Shown: piece by piece, positions 50,576-60,471 of the stretch
How positions within the stretch are numbered: position 1 is the first letter of the stretch
How the letters are laid out: the number at the start of each line of letters is the position of its first letter
Source: an uncultured Gaiellaceae bacterium
GTDB taxonomy: Bacteria > Actinomycetota > Thermoleophilia > Gaiellales > Gaiellaceae
DNA: 64,000 nt
Direction: 5' to 3'
Assembly (NCBI GenBank): GCA_963733065.1
Contig: CAVTBT010000004.1
Coordinates: 271,183 to 335,182, forward strand
Made by a program: the position numbers and the translations under genes
The notes under the pieces: model-generated
Databases searched by the model: none
What the model saw: only the letters and a program-made list of their open reading frames with translations
Told to the model about the DNA's origin: nothing

Positions 50576-51394
50576 CTACGACCCCTTCCTTTGCTCGGCC
50601 TGCCGCACGGCGCGGACGGCGCACACCTCGGCGAGGTGGCGTCGGTACTCGGCGCTCGCGTGCACGTCGGACGGCGGTTCGAGCGCGGCCTCGCGGACGG
50701 CCGTGCGCACGGCGTCCTCCTCGGTGCTCTCGGGCCGCACGACGATCGGCACGGCGTCGACGCAGCCGATCGCGAGCCGCGGCGCGTCGCCGCCGAGGGT
50801 CGCGGCGACATTGACGATGCAGGTGCCGTCGGCGCCAATGGTCACGGCGCCGAAACCGTCGGGAGCGTGGCCCGCGGCCGGCACCGAGACCTTCGTCAGC
50901 AGCTCGCCCTCCGACACCGCGGTCATGTAGACGCCGAGGAAGAAGTCCTCCGCCGAGACCCAGCGCGTGCCGCCCTTGCCCTGGATCGTGAACGTCGCGT
51001 CGAGTGCGGCGAAGAGCGGCGGCAGGTGGTTCGTCGGATCGTTCGAGCAGACGTTGCCGCCGATCGTGCCGCGGTTCCGAACCTGGACGTCGGCGATCGT
51101 CGCCGTGACCTCGGCGATCACCGGCCGCGCGACGTCCACCTCGGACGACTCGACGATCGCCGTGTACGTCGCCATCGCGCCGATGTCGAGCGTGTCGCCG
51201 GTGACCGAGATCCGCCGCAGCTCCTCGAGCTCGTTGAGGTCGACGAGGACGTCCGGCGAGGCCGCGCGCTGCTTCATGACGTTGACGAGCGTCTGACCGC
51301 CCGCGAGCACACGTGCGCCGTCGTGACCTCCGAGCAGTGCGACCGCGTCGTCGATCGTGCGCGGACGCGCGTACTCGACCTCGCGCAGCAGCAT
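50576..51394 (-). CDS. FAD-binding medium subunit (CoxM family)
   Basis: 272 aa. Contains ..AGGQTL.. and ..IGGNVC.. motifs. It is the first gene of the operon. Confidence 0.88.
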   Translation of the reverse strand: MLLREVEYARPRTIDDAVALLGGHDGARVLAGGQTLVNVMKQRAASPDVLVDLNELEELRRISVTGDTLDIGAMATYTAIVESSEVDVARPVIAEVTATIADVQVRNRGTIGGNVCSNDPTNHLPPLFAALDATFTIQGKGGTRWVSAEDFFLGVYMTAVSEGELLTKVSVPAAGHAPDGFGAVTIGADGTCIVNVAATLGGDAPRLAIGCVDAVPIVVRPESTEEDAVRTAVREAALEPPSDVHASAEYRRHLAEVCAVRAVRQAEQRKGS

Positions 51395-51419
51395 GGGCGT
51401 ATCTAACCAGCATTGCTCC

Positions 51420-51431
51420 GTGACATGTCAA
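51420..51431. promoter_or_regulatory. operator-like palindrome copy 4 (GTGACATGTCAA) in the 56-bp divergent region between the coxM-like and CrtI-like genes
   Basis: On the minus strand it reads cTTGACATGTCACgg, so a perfect TTGACA -35 (51426-51431) is embedded, with TTAGAT (51401-51406) 6 nt before the coxM-like ATG. On the plus strand TAGGGT (51437-51442) lies 8 nt before the ATG at 51451. Confidence 0.6.
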
Positions 51432-51450
51432 GCCGATAGGGTCGCCCGCA

Positions 51451-53073
51451 ATGGGGCCGTACGACGCCGTGTTCGTGGGCAGCGGCATCAACGCCCTCGC
51501 GGGCGGCGCACTGCTCGCCAAAGAGGGCTGGCGCGTCTGCATCCTCGAGCGGAACGACCGTCTCGGCGGCGCGATCCGCACGGAGCAGGGGCTGATCGCA
51601 CCCGGCTACGTGCACGAGGTCTTCTCGTCCTGGCACCCGCTCTTCACCGGCTCGGCGGCGTACGCCGAGCTGCAGGACGACCTCGAGCGGCATGGGCTCG
51701 AGTACCTCAACACCGACCTGCCGACCGGCAGCGCGTTCCCCGACGGCTCGAGCGCGTTCCTCACGACGTCGCTCGACGACAACATCGCCGAGCTGGACCG
51801 GCACGCAGCGGGCGACGGAGCCGCGTGGCAGGCGGCGTTCGAGGGCTTCATGACGAACGCCGACCTCTCGTTCGGCGTCCTGTCGTCGGAGCTCTGGTCG
51901 GGCGCGGGCTTCGGCCTCGGCCAGAAGGCCTACCGCCGCTTCGGCCGGCGCGGACTGCTGGCGTACGGCGGCGAGGTGCTTTCGAGCTGCCGCGACTGGC
52001 TCGGCGACACATTCGCGAGCCGCGAGGCGCACGGCCTGCTCGCGCCGTGGGTGCTCCACACCGGCCTCGGACCCGAGCAGCCGCTGTCGGGGTTCATGAC
52101 GAAGGTGATCGGCGCGGCGCTGCAGCTCGGCGGCATGCCGGTGCCGAAGGGCGGCGGGGTGAGCCTCGTGGAGGCGCTCGCGGCGATCGTGCGCGAGGCA
52201 GGCGGCGATCTGCGCACCGACGCGGAGGTCGAGCGGATCCTCGTCGCGGACGGCCGCGCGACCGCGGTGCGGCTCGCGGACGGCGAGGCGATCCAGGCGG
52301 AGCGGGCGATCGTGGCCGGCGTCACGCCGACACAGCTCTACGGCCGGCTGCTGGCCGCAGGGGAGGTGCCGCCGACGGTCCGGGACGCGGCGGCCCGCTA
52401 CCGCTACGGCCTCGCGGGCATGCAGATCCACATCGCCATGAAGGAGCGTCCGCGCTGGCGGGGCGACGAGCGGCTCGGGCGGACGGCCATCGTCCACGTC
52501 ACGCCCGGTCTCGACGGCGTGTCGCGGGCCGTCAACGAGGCGACCCGCGGCCTGCTGCCGGCCGAGGCGACGATCGTGTGCGGCCAGCCGATGGCCGTCG
52601 ACCCCTCGCGCGGCCCCGAGGACGGCTGGGTGGTCTGGATTCAGCTGCAGGAGCTGCCGCAGCGGCCGACCGGCGACGCCGCCGGGGAGCTCGACACGGG
52701 CGACGGCACATGGACGGAGGAGCTGCGCGAGCGCTACGCCGACCGGATCGTCTCCCGGCTCGGACAGCACATCGAGAACCTCGAGTCGGCCTCGCTCGGC
52801 CGCGTGGTCCTCTCGCCGGCCGACATCGCGGCGCTCGACGTGAATCTCGAGCACGGCGACATCTATGCGGGCGCCTGCACCCTCGACCAGAACCTGCTCT
52901 GGCGGCCGCTGCCACAGACGCCCGGCCACGAGACGCCGGTCGACCGGCTCTACCAGATCGGGGCGAGCACGCACCCGGGACCGGGGCTCGGCGCCGGCTC
53001 GGGCTACCTCGTCGCGAAGAAGCTGACGAGGCCGGCGATGCACCGTCGGCTCCTCGACCGCATCATGCCGTGA
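51451..53073 (+). CDS. phytoene-desaturase-family (CrtI-like) NAD(P)/FAD-dependent oxidoreductase
   Basis: Contains YDAVFVGSGINALAGGALLAKEGWRVCILERNDRLGG (dinucleotide-binding motif). Size (540 aa) and layout match the CrtI/amine-oxidase family. Confidence 0.8.
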   Translation: MGPYDAVFVGSGINALAGGALLAKEGWRVCILERNDRLGGAIRTEQGLIAPGYVHEVFSSWHPLFTGSAAYAELQDDLERHGLEYLNTDLPTGSAFPDGSSAFLTTSLDDNIAELDRHAAGDGAAWQAAFEGFMTNADLSFGVLSSELWSGAGFGLGQKAYRRFGRRGLLAYGGEVLSSCRDWLGDTFASREAHGLLAPWVLHTGLGPEQPLSGFMTKVIGAALQLGGMPVPKGGGVSLVEALAAIVREAGGDLRTDAEVERILVADGRATAVRLADGEAIQAERAIVAGVTPTQLYGRLLAAGEVPPTVRDAAARYRYGLAGMQIHIAMKERPRWRGDERLGRTAIVHVTPGLDGVSRAVNEATRGLLPAEATIVCGQPMAVDPSRGPEDGWVVWIQLQELPQRPTGDAAGELDTGDGTWTEELRERYADRIVSRLGQHIENLESASLGRVVLSPADIAALDVNLEHGDIYAGACTLDQNLLWRPLPQTPGHETPVDRLYQIGASTHPGPGLGAGSGYLVAKKLTRPAMHRRLLDRIMP

Positions 53074-53245
53074 GGTTCCTCACGCCGCTGGGGCGCCGGT
53101 CGCGTCGGGATCCATCGCCGGCCAGCGCGAGGACAGCACATTCCGGTGCGGCCTCGCGCTGGCCGGCCTCGGATCGTGGCGCGAGCGGCGTCAGCCTTCG
53201 GCGGAGCCCGGCTTCGCCGGGCGGGAGCCGAAGGCGGCCAGCGCC

Positions 53246-54057
53246 GTGAGGCTCTCGCTGAGCCAGATCTCGACGGCCAACGCCTCGTTCGACGACGACC
53301 TGCTCGCCTACCGGTCCGCCGGATTCGAGGGCATCGGCCTGTGGCAGTTCAAGCTGTCCGGCGACTGGGTGGCCGACCGAGACGCGGTGCGGGGTGCCGG
53401 GCTGGAGGCGACGAACTGCGTGCCGCTCGTGCCGACGATCCTGCCGAACCCCGTCATGGAAGGCCCGGACGACCCCGACGAGCGGATCGAGTCGATCTGC
53501 GCGTCGATCGGGCTCTTCGCCAACTTCCGGCCCGCGTCGGTGCTGTGTCTGACCGGGCCGGTCGGTGAGTTCGGCAACGCCGAGGCCAGGCGGATCGTGA
53601 TCGACGGCCTCCAGGCGGCGGCCGAGACCGCGCGTGCGCTCGGCGTCCGCTTCGGCCTCGAGCCGATCCACAGCTCGGAGTCGGAGACGTTCTCGTTCGT
53701 GCACACGATCCCGGACGCGCTCGAGCTCCTCGACGAGGCGGGCCTCGACGACGTCGGCGTGATGGTCGACACGTTCCACGTCGGCGACACGGACACCGTG
53801 CTGCAGGACCTCGAGCGCCACGTCGACCGGATCACGGGCCTGCACGTGGCGGAGTGGACGGCCGACGGGATCGGACGGACGCGCGCTGCCGGGCGAAGGC
53901 GTGCGGCCTCACGCGCGAGGCGTCGACACGCTGCGCGACGCCGGCTGGGACGGCTGGCTCGACGTCGAGATCTTCTCGACGCCCGGACGGCTTCTGGGGC
54001 TTGCCGCCCGACGAGGCGGCCCGCAGGGCGCACGCCGCGGCGCGCGCCCTGCTGTAG
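53246..54057 (+). CDS. sugar-phosphate isomerase/epimerase (xylose-isomerase-like TIM barrel), with two apparent +1 frameshifts (~53860-53882 and 53982-53984)
   Basis: Frame 1 reads ..FGLEPIH..MVDTFHV..ITGLHVAEW. The next frame reads DGRALPGEGV..GVDTLRDAGWDGWLDVEIFSTP. The next frame reads DGFWGLPPDEAARRAHAAARALL*. Length equals 3n+2. Confidence 0.65.
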
Positions 54058-54062
54058 CAGCG

Positions 54063-54566
54063 CTACGGCAGCTCCGGGATCCGCTCCACGCCCATGCGCT
54101 CGCCCGTCGCGGTCGCGATGAAGCTCGCGACGACGTTGCCGGCCGGGTCGAGCACGTTGACCCTCGCCACGAGCGTGAACGTCTTGCTGTCCTGCGAAAG
54201 CCGGATCGTGCGGCTGATCTTCTGCGAGCCCAGGTACGCGCCGGTTTGCGGGTTGAAGCGGAAGAACACGGTCGTGTTCGCGTAGAGCCGTCCCGCGATC
54301 CGCTCCCACGACCCGTACGCCTCGGTGCGCGTCGCCGGCCATTCATTGGCTGTCTCGACCACGCTCCCGGTCCCGGTGAAGACCTGCAGCGACGTCAGCG
54401 GCGGCGCAGGTGCCGGCCGGTTGACGGTCACCTTCCACGTCCCGGCAATCTGGTTGCCTGCCTTCGAGCCGGTGCCGGCACCCGCCACCGCGACGATCGC
54501 GCCGGCGGCAATCAGGCTGACTAGGCCGATCACGGACCAGGTTCTGTGTGCCCTCATGCGTGTCAT
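54063..54566 (-). CDS. hypothetical secreted protein (beta-rich)
   Basis: Start is ATG at 54566 (MTRMRAHRTWSVIGLVSLIAAGAIVAVAG) after GAAGGGA. No family was recognised. Confidence 0.5.
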   Translation of the reverse strand: MTRMRAHRTWSVIGLVSLIAAGAIVAVAGAGTGSKAGNQIAGTWKVTVNRPAPAPPLTSLQVFTGTGSVVETANEWPATRTEAYGSWERIAGRLYANTTVFFRFNPQTGAYLGSQKISRTIRLSQDSKTFTLVARVNVLDPAGNVVASFIATATGERMGVERIPELP

Positions 54567-54679
54567 CTCGATTCCCTTCGCTGGTGACCGTTCCGACGCT
54601 AGAGCCATCCGCTAACGGCGCTCTAACCCCGCCCTTCCAGGCCTCGGCCGGCGCCAACGAGAGTGCTAGCGTCGTTCGG

Positions 54680-56605
54680 GTGTCCGTGCTCGAGTTCCGC
54701 GTCCTCGGACCGCTCGAAGTGCTGCGTGACGGCGAGGTCGTGCCCATCCCTGCCCCCAAGCAGCGTGCGCTCCTCGGACTGCTCCTGCTGCACGCGAACG
54801 AGCCCGTCGCGCAGGAGGAGCTGATCGACCAGCTCTGGGGCGAGCAGCCGCCGAGGACGGCGAAGGCGTCGCTGCAGAACCAGGTGCACGCAATCCGCCG
54901 GCTGCTCGGCGCGGAGGTGCTCGAGCGGCAGGCGGCCGGCTACGTCGTGCACGTCGAACCGGGTCGGCTGGACCTCGGGCGCTTCGAGCGTCTCGTGGAC
55001 GAGGCTCGAACGGCGGAGCCGAAGGAGCGCGCGGCGAAGCTCCACGAAGCCCTCGCGTGCTGGCGCGGCCCGGCGCTGGTCGAGTTTCCGGCGGAACCGT
55101 TCGCCTCCCACGAGATCGGCCGCCTCGAAGAGGAGCGCCTGGCTGCGCTCGAGGAGCGCATCGACGCCGACCTCGCGCTCGGCCACCATGCGGATGGGGT
55201 GGCGGAGCTCGAAGGTCTGGTGCAGCGCTATCCGCTGCGCGAGCGGCTCTGGGGCCAGCTGATGCTCGCCCTCTACCGCGGCGGGAGACAGGCCGACGCC
55301 CTGGCCGCCTATCAGCGGGCGCATCACGTTTTCGTAGGCGAGATTGGGCTGGAGCCGGGCGTCTCCCTGCGCGAGCTGCAGCGGGCGATCCTGCTCCAGG
55401 ATCCCTCCCTCGACGACGACCAGCATCAGATCGGTTGGACGCTCGAGCGCGCGGCCGCGATCCTGCCGGCCGAGGGCGCCGAGCGGGCCCGATCGCTCGC
55501 GGAGTACGGCAAGGCGCTCTGGCAGCTCGGCGAGCGACGGCGGGCGCGGTCGACGATGCGAGCCGCCGAGCGCCTGGCCCGCGCTGCCGGTGAGCCCGCG
55601 CTCGAGGCGCGTGCTCAGCTCGCGCTGTCGTTCTTCGCCTGCTACGAGGATCGACGCAACCCGCTCGACCATCTCGCCGAGGCCGAGCGCGTCGCGGGGA
55701 TCTGCGAGGCGCACGGTGATGACGAGGGCCTGGCGCTTGCGCTCCGGGACCAGGCGTTCATCCACCAGGTGAGCGGCCGAGCGGACGAGGCTGCGCGCCT
55801 GACGGAGCGCGCGCTCGCCGTCGCGCTACGCACCGGCGATCCGTGGCAGAAGGCGGCGGCACTGGGCTCGCTTGCCCTGTGCCTCGCGGACGGATCGACT
55901 CCCGTCGACGAGGCGATCGCCCGTTGCGAGGCGATGCTGCAGGAGGTAGGCCCCCAGGTCGAGACGGAGCAGAAGATCAAAGCCGCACTGGCGGTCATGT
56001 ATGCCGAAGCGAGCCGGTTCGACGAGGGCCGAGCGCTCATCGACGACGTCCTGGCTCAGGCTCGCGCGACCGGGGCGTCCTGGGGCCTCGTCGGCTTGTC
56101 CGGTCCCGCCGTCCTGGTCGAGCTCGCGGCAGGCTCGTACGACCGGGCGGCGGCGCGATGCCGCTGGGCCTGCTCGCTGCTCGAGGTCGAAGACGACCGC
56201 GGCGCATTGCCGGTGTGCCGCTCGGCGCTGGCCTGCATCCTCGTCCGGCTCGGCGAGCTCGACGAGGCGCGCACCCTCGGCCGCTCCGCGCACGCCGGGG
56301 CGGGGTCGCCGGACGACTTCTACGCGGAGGTGAATTGGCGGTGCGCGCTCGCGCTCGTCGGCGCCCACGACGGGCGAACGGACGAGGCGCTGCGACTATC
56401 GGACGAGGTGCTGGCCCGCGTCAACGCATCGGACCTCCTCACGTACCGCGGACAGAGGCTCGAGGACGTGGCGCTGGTGCGCGGCCTCGCAGGAGACGAG
56501 GTCGGAGCGCAGGATGCGCTGGACGAGGCGCTCGCCCTCTACGAGCGTAAGGGCAGCGTCGCCCACCGCGACCGGCTGCGGGCGCAGCTCGCAGACAGCG
56601 CGTAG
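54680..56605 (+). CDS. SARP/AfsR-family regulator (wHTH + BTAD + TPR; no ATPase module)
   Basis: Contains (V)SVLEFRVLGPLEVLRDGE.., BTAD (WRGPALVEF..RLAALEERIDADLALG..LMLALYRGGRQADAL) and a TPR-like C-terminal half. Intact across 641 aa. Confidence 0.8.
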   Translation: MSVLEFRVLGPLEVLRDGEVVPIPAPKQRALLGLLLLHANEPVAQEELIDQLWGEQPPRTAKASLQNQVHAIRRLLGAEVLERQAAGYVVHVEPGRLDLGRFERLVDEARTAEPKERAAKLHEALACWRGPALVEFPAEPFASHEIGRLEEERLAALEERIDADLALGHHADGVAELEGLVQRYPLRERLWGQLMLALYRGGRQADALAAYQRAHHVFVGEIGLEPGVSLRELQRAILLQDPSLDDDQHQIGWTLERAAAILPAEGAERARSLAEYGKALWQLGERRRARSTMRAAERLARAAGEPALEARAQLALSFFACYEDRRNPLDHLAEAERVAGICEAHGDDEGLALALRDQAFIHQVSGRADEAARLTERALAVALRTGDPWQKAAALGSLALCLADGSTPVDEAIARCEAMLQEVGPQVETEQKIKAALAVMYAEASRFDEGRALIDDVLAQARATGASWGLVGLSGPAVLVELAAGSYDRAAARCRWACSLLEVEDDRGALPVCRSALACILVRLGELDEARTLGRSAHAGAGSPDDFYAEVNWRCALALVGAHDGRTDEALRLSDEVLARVNASDLLTYRGQRLEDVALVRGLAGDEVGAQDALDEALALYERKGSVAHRDRLRAQLADSA

Positions 56606-56652
56606 TCACCGCCCTAGCTGCGCAGCCACGCCTGTCGTACGCTCGTCGCGGG

Positions 56653-59139
56653 ATGCGCGGCGACCTCCCACGCGGCACCGTCACCTTTCTCTTCACCGAC
56701 ATCGAGGGCTCGACGCGCCTCTTGCACACACTCGGACCGGAGGCGTACGCGGAGGCGCTCGCCGAGCATCGACGCGCCCTCCGCTCGGCGTTTGCCGACC
56801 ACGGTGGCGTCGAGGTCGACACCCAGGGCGACGCGTTCTTCGTCGCCTTCCCGACAGCGGACGGGGCGGCCTCGGCGGCTCTCGCCGCGAACGAGGCTCT
56901 CAGCGGCGGCCCGATCCGGGTCCGCATGGGCGTGCACACCGGTACGCCGTCGCTGACCGACGAGGGCTACGTCGGCATCGACGTCCACCGCGGCGCCCGT
57001 GTCGGAGCGTTGGCCCACGGCGGCCAGATCGTGGTCTCGCCGGCAACCGCGGCGCTGCTCGACGGGAGGCCGCTCGGCGACCTGGGACTGCACCGGCTCA
57101 AGGACTTCGACCGCGTCACGCGGCTCTTCCAGCTCGGTGGCGACGAGTTCCCGGTGCTGCGCACGCCAGGCAGCGTCGACCTGCCGACGCCGGCGACCGC
57201 CTTCATCGGCCGCGAGCAGGAGCTGCTGGATGCGGTCTCGGTCGTGTTCGAGAGCGATCCGCGCGTGCTCACCGTCGTCGGCCCGGGCGGGACGGGAAAG
57301 ACGCGATTCGCGATCGAGCTCGCCAGGCTCCTCGCCGAGGAGGCCGATGGCGGCACGGTCTTCGTGCCGTTGGCACCCCTGCGCGACCCGGCCCTCGTCC
57401 TCCCAGTGCTGGCCGAGGCTGTCGGCGCCGAGAACGGCGACCCGGGAGCGATCGCCGGCCGGATCGGCGGGAAGCGAACACACGTCGTGGTCGACAACCT
57501 CGAGCAGCTCCTGCCGGACGCCGCGAGGCACCTCGCCGGCCTGGCCGATGCCGCGCCGTCGCTGCGCCTACTCGTGACGAGCCGCGAGGCCCTGCGTATC
57601 GGTGCGGAGACGCAAGTGCGACCTGCCGCCGCTGCCTGCCGACGACGCCGCAGAGCTCTTCGTCACCCGCGCCCGCGCCGTGCGACCGGACATCCATCGC
57701 TCTGAAGCCGTCGACGAGCTCTGCGAGCGGTTCGACCACCTGCCGCTGGCCGTCGAGCTCGCGGCGGCGCGGACGAAGCTGCTCGCACCCGAAGCACTGC
57801 TGCAGCGCCTCGGCGCGCGCCTCGACCTGCCCGCGTCGCGCGACGCCGATCCGCGCCACGCCACTCTGAATGCGACCATCGCCTGGTCGTACGACCTCCT
57901 GACGGCGGAGGAACGCAGTCTCTTCGCGCGGCTGGCCGTCTTCCGCGGCGGATGCTCGCTGGAGGCCGCCGAGGAGGTCTGCAGGCCGATCTCGAGACGA
58001 TGGCCTCGCTGCTCGACAAGAGCCTGCTCCGACGGCGCGAGGCGCCGAACGGGGCCGAACGGTTCTGGATGCTCGAGACGATCCGAGAGTTCGGACTCGA
58101 GCGCCTGGGCGACCTCGGCGACGAGCACGACGTGCGGCGAGCACATGCCGTCTGGCTGCGCGACCTCGCCAGCTGCAGGGAGCGCGGTGCACCGCATGAG
58201 ACGATGAGCCGTGAGCGGCTCGCGCTGGTCACGCCCGAGCTCGACAACGTCCGCGGAGCGCTTGACGTGGGCGCTCGTCCACGATCCGACCCTCGGTCTC
58301 GAGCTCGCGGTGGCGCTCGAGGAGTTCTGGGTCATCCGCGAGCCGGTCGAGGGCGCGACCTGGGAGGAACGACTGCTCGAGGCGGCGACCGACGCGCCGC
58401 CCGAGCTACGCGCCGGCGGCCTGGCGCGCGCTCGGCGGTGCATTCGACATCGTCGGCGAGCGCGATCGTGCGGCACCGTGCTACCGCGCGAGCCTGGAGC
58501 TGTTCGAGCGCGCCGGCGACCATGCCGAGGCCGCGTTTCTCCGCTTCCGCGTCGGCGCCAACGCGGTCAATCGCGGCGACACGACGACGGGCTGGCCGCT
58601 GATCGAGGCGTCGCTCGAGGACTTCAGGCGCTAGGCCAACCCGGTGAGAGAGGCCCAGGCGCTCTCGTATCTGGCGTGGAAGGCGGCGGACGAGGACGAC
58701 GACCTCGACCGAGCGGTCGAACTGAGCCCTGCAGAGCGCCTCGCTCGTCCGCACCGTCGGTTGGACCTGGTGGGAGGGCAGACGAGCTCGTGGCGGCCGC
58801 CGAGTTCGAGCGGCGTCGCGGCAACCACGCTGCGGCGGAACGGCACGCTCGCGAAGGCGCTCGCGCTTGCCGTGGCAGTCGGCGACCGGATGTTCTCGGT
58901 CTTCGCCGCGGCCGAGCTCGCGTGCGCCGCGGCTGTGCGCGGCGACGCGGCGCTGCCGGCCGGCTGTGGGGTGCGATCGAGCGCGAGGAGTCGGCCGCCG
59001 TCGATCGCTCAGTGGCGCGACCTACCGCGGCGAGCACGAGCAACGCGTCCTGGAGGCCGCGGGCACCGAGTTCGAGCAGGCGCGTGCCGAGGGCCGGCTG
59101 CTTTCGATCGCCGAGGCCGCAGGTCTGGCGGACGACTAG
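56653..59139 (+). pseudogene. adenylate/guanylate-cyclase-domain + AAA ATPase + TPR regulator, disrupted by ~9 frameshifts and an in-frame TAG (58632-58634)
   Basis: The N-terminal 320 aa are intact (TFLFTDIEGST..DTQGDAFFVAF..VGPGGTGKT). After that, the protein-like reading hops between ORFs 57602-, 57952-, 58211-, 58644- and 58867-59139. The reading ..LEDFRR*ANPVREAQALSYLA shows the internal stop. Confidence 0.75.
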
Positions 59140-60434
59140 ATGCGGCCGCGCAGCGCCAGCACGCTCGCCACGAACTCTTCGCTCACCTGGTAGACCCCAC
59201 GCTCCCGGACGGCCTTCGAGCCCTGATACCACGCGGCGAGCGCGAGCCGCAGGTCGCCCTTCCACTCGCGCAGCAGGTGGGCGAGCAGGCGCACGCCCAT
59301 CTGCACGTTGCCGTCGGCGGTCGCGCCGTCGATCCGCTGCATGAGCAGCACGCCCTGGACGAACTCCATCGTCACCGGCAGCAGCTGCATCACGCCGCGG
59401 GCGCCGGCCGAGGAGACGACGTGGTTCTGGAAGCCGGATTCCTGCCACGCGAGCGCCCGCACGAGGCTCGGGTCGACGCCGTAGTGGGACGACCAGCGGT
59501 CGAGGGCGCCGCGGATCACGTCCTTCGACACGAAGTTGCCTGCGACGGTGGTCGTCGCGGTGCCGGGTACGCGCAGGCGCGTGCCGATGAGCAGGAACCC
59601 GCGCGGATCGAGATCGTTCCGCTTCGCGAGCGATTCGACGGACATGCCGTACCTGGAGGCGATCGCCGTCAGGCTGTCGCCGCTGCGCACGACGTAGGTG
59701 CCGGAGGCCGCCGTCGTTCGGGTCGACGGCGTCGGCGTGGCCGCCGGCGCGGGCGTGGCCGCCGGCGCCGCTCCGCCGCGTGCCGGTACGCGGAGCCTCG
59801 TGCCGATCAGGAGCACAGCGCCGGGGTCGAGCCGGTTTCGCTTCGCGAGAGCGGCGACGCTCGTCCCGAAGCGCTCGGCCAGCGCGGTCAGATGGTCGCC
59901 GGCGCGAACGACGTACACGCGCGACGCCGCCTGCCTCCGCGCGACGGGGACCCCTTGCCCGGCGAGCGCCGCCAGCGTCCGCGGCCCGGCGATGCCGTCC
60001 GCGACGAGACCATGCGCGCGCTGGAAGGCCTTCACGGCAGCCGCGGTGCGGGCGTCGAAGGCCCCGGTGGGAGCGTCCGAGCAGAAGCCACGTGCTCGCA
60101 GCAGGAACTGGAGCACCGACACGTCGAAGCCCACGGCGCCGCGCGCCAGATCGCGCCGGCCGAGCAGCGGTCGGCCGAGCGGCCCGAGGGCGGCGCGGGT
60201 GCGCGTGCCCGCGCGACCGTCGACCGCAAGCCCCTTGCGCGCCTGCAGCAGCTTCACGGCCGCGACGGTGCCCGGCCCCGAGACACCGTCCACGGCGCCC
60301 GTGTAGAGGCCGTGCGCCTTCAGCGCGACCTGTAGCCCCGCCACCTGCGGATTGGCGGCATGCGCGGCAGCCCCGCTCGAAAGCGCGATGAGCGCCGCGA
60401 GCGCGGCAACGACGAGTGTCCGCGTCGACCCCAC
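59136..60434 (-). CDS. secreted lytic transglycosylase with 2 PG-binding and 2 LysM domains
   Basis: Has a signal peptide, 2 x (LQ..L...G.Y.G..DG..G..T) PG_binding_1-like repeats, 2 x LysM (Y.V..GD.L..IA.R.G....LA..N.L) and an SLT domain (AWQESGF..VSSAGARGVMQL). Confidence 0.85.
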   Translation of the reverse strand: MGSTRTLVVAALAALIALSSGAAAHAANPQVAGLQVALKAHGLYTGAVDGVSGPGTVAAVKLLQARKGLAVDGRAGTRTRAALGPLGRPLLGRRDLARGAVGFDVSVLQFLLRARGFCSDAPTGAFDARTAAAVKAFQRAHGLVADGIAGPRTLAALAGQGVPVARRQAASRVYVVRAGDHLTALAERFGTSVAALAKRNRLDPGAVLLIGTRLRVPARGGAAPAATPAPAATPTPSTRTTAASGTYVVRSGDSLTAIASRYGMSVESLAKRNDLDPRGFLLIGTRLRVPGTATTTVAGNFVSKDVIRGALDRWSSHYGVDPSLVRALAWQESGFQNHVVSSAGARGVMQLLPVTMEFVQGVLLMQRIDGATADGNVQMGVRLLAHLLREWKGDLRLALAAWYQGSKAVRERGVYQVSEEFVASVLALRGRI

Positions 60435-60471
60435 GGACGCACGAACTTCGGCGCCCGCGGACGGCCTCCTG

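Noticed and set aside
47074-51394. Annotating the coxGLSM-like operon as an aerobic carbon monoxide dehydrogenase
   Set aside because: The large subunit lacks the AYRCSFR (and AYRGAGR) loop. Only a generic molybdenum-hydroxylase assignment is supported.
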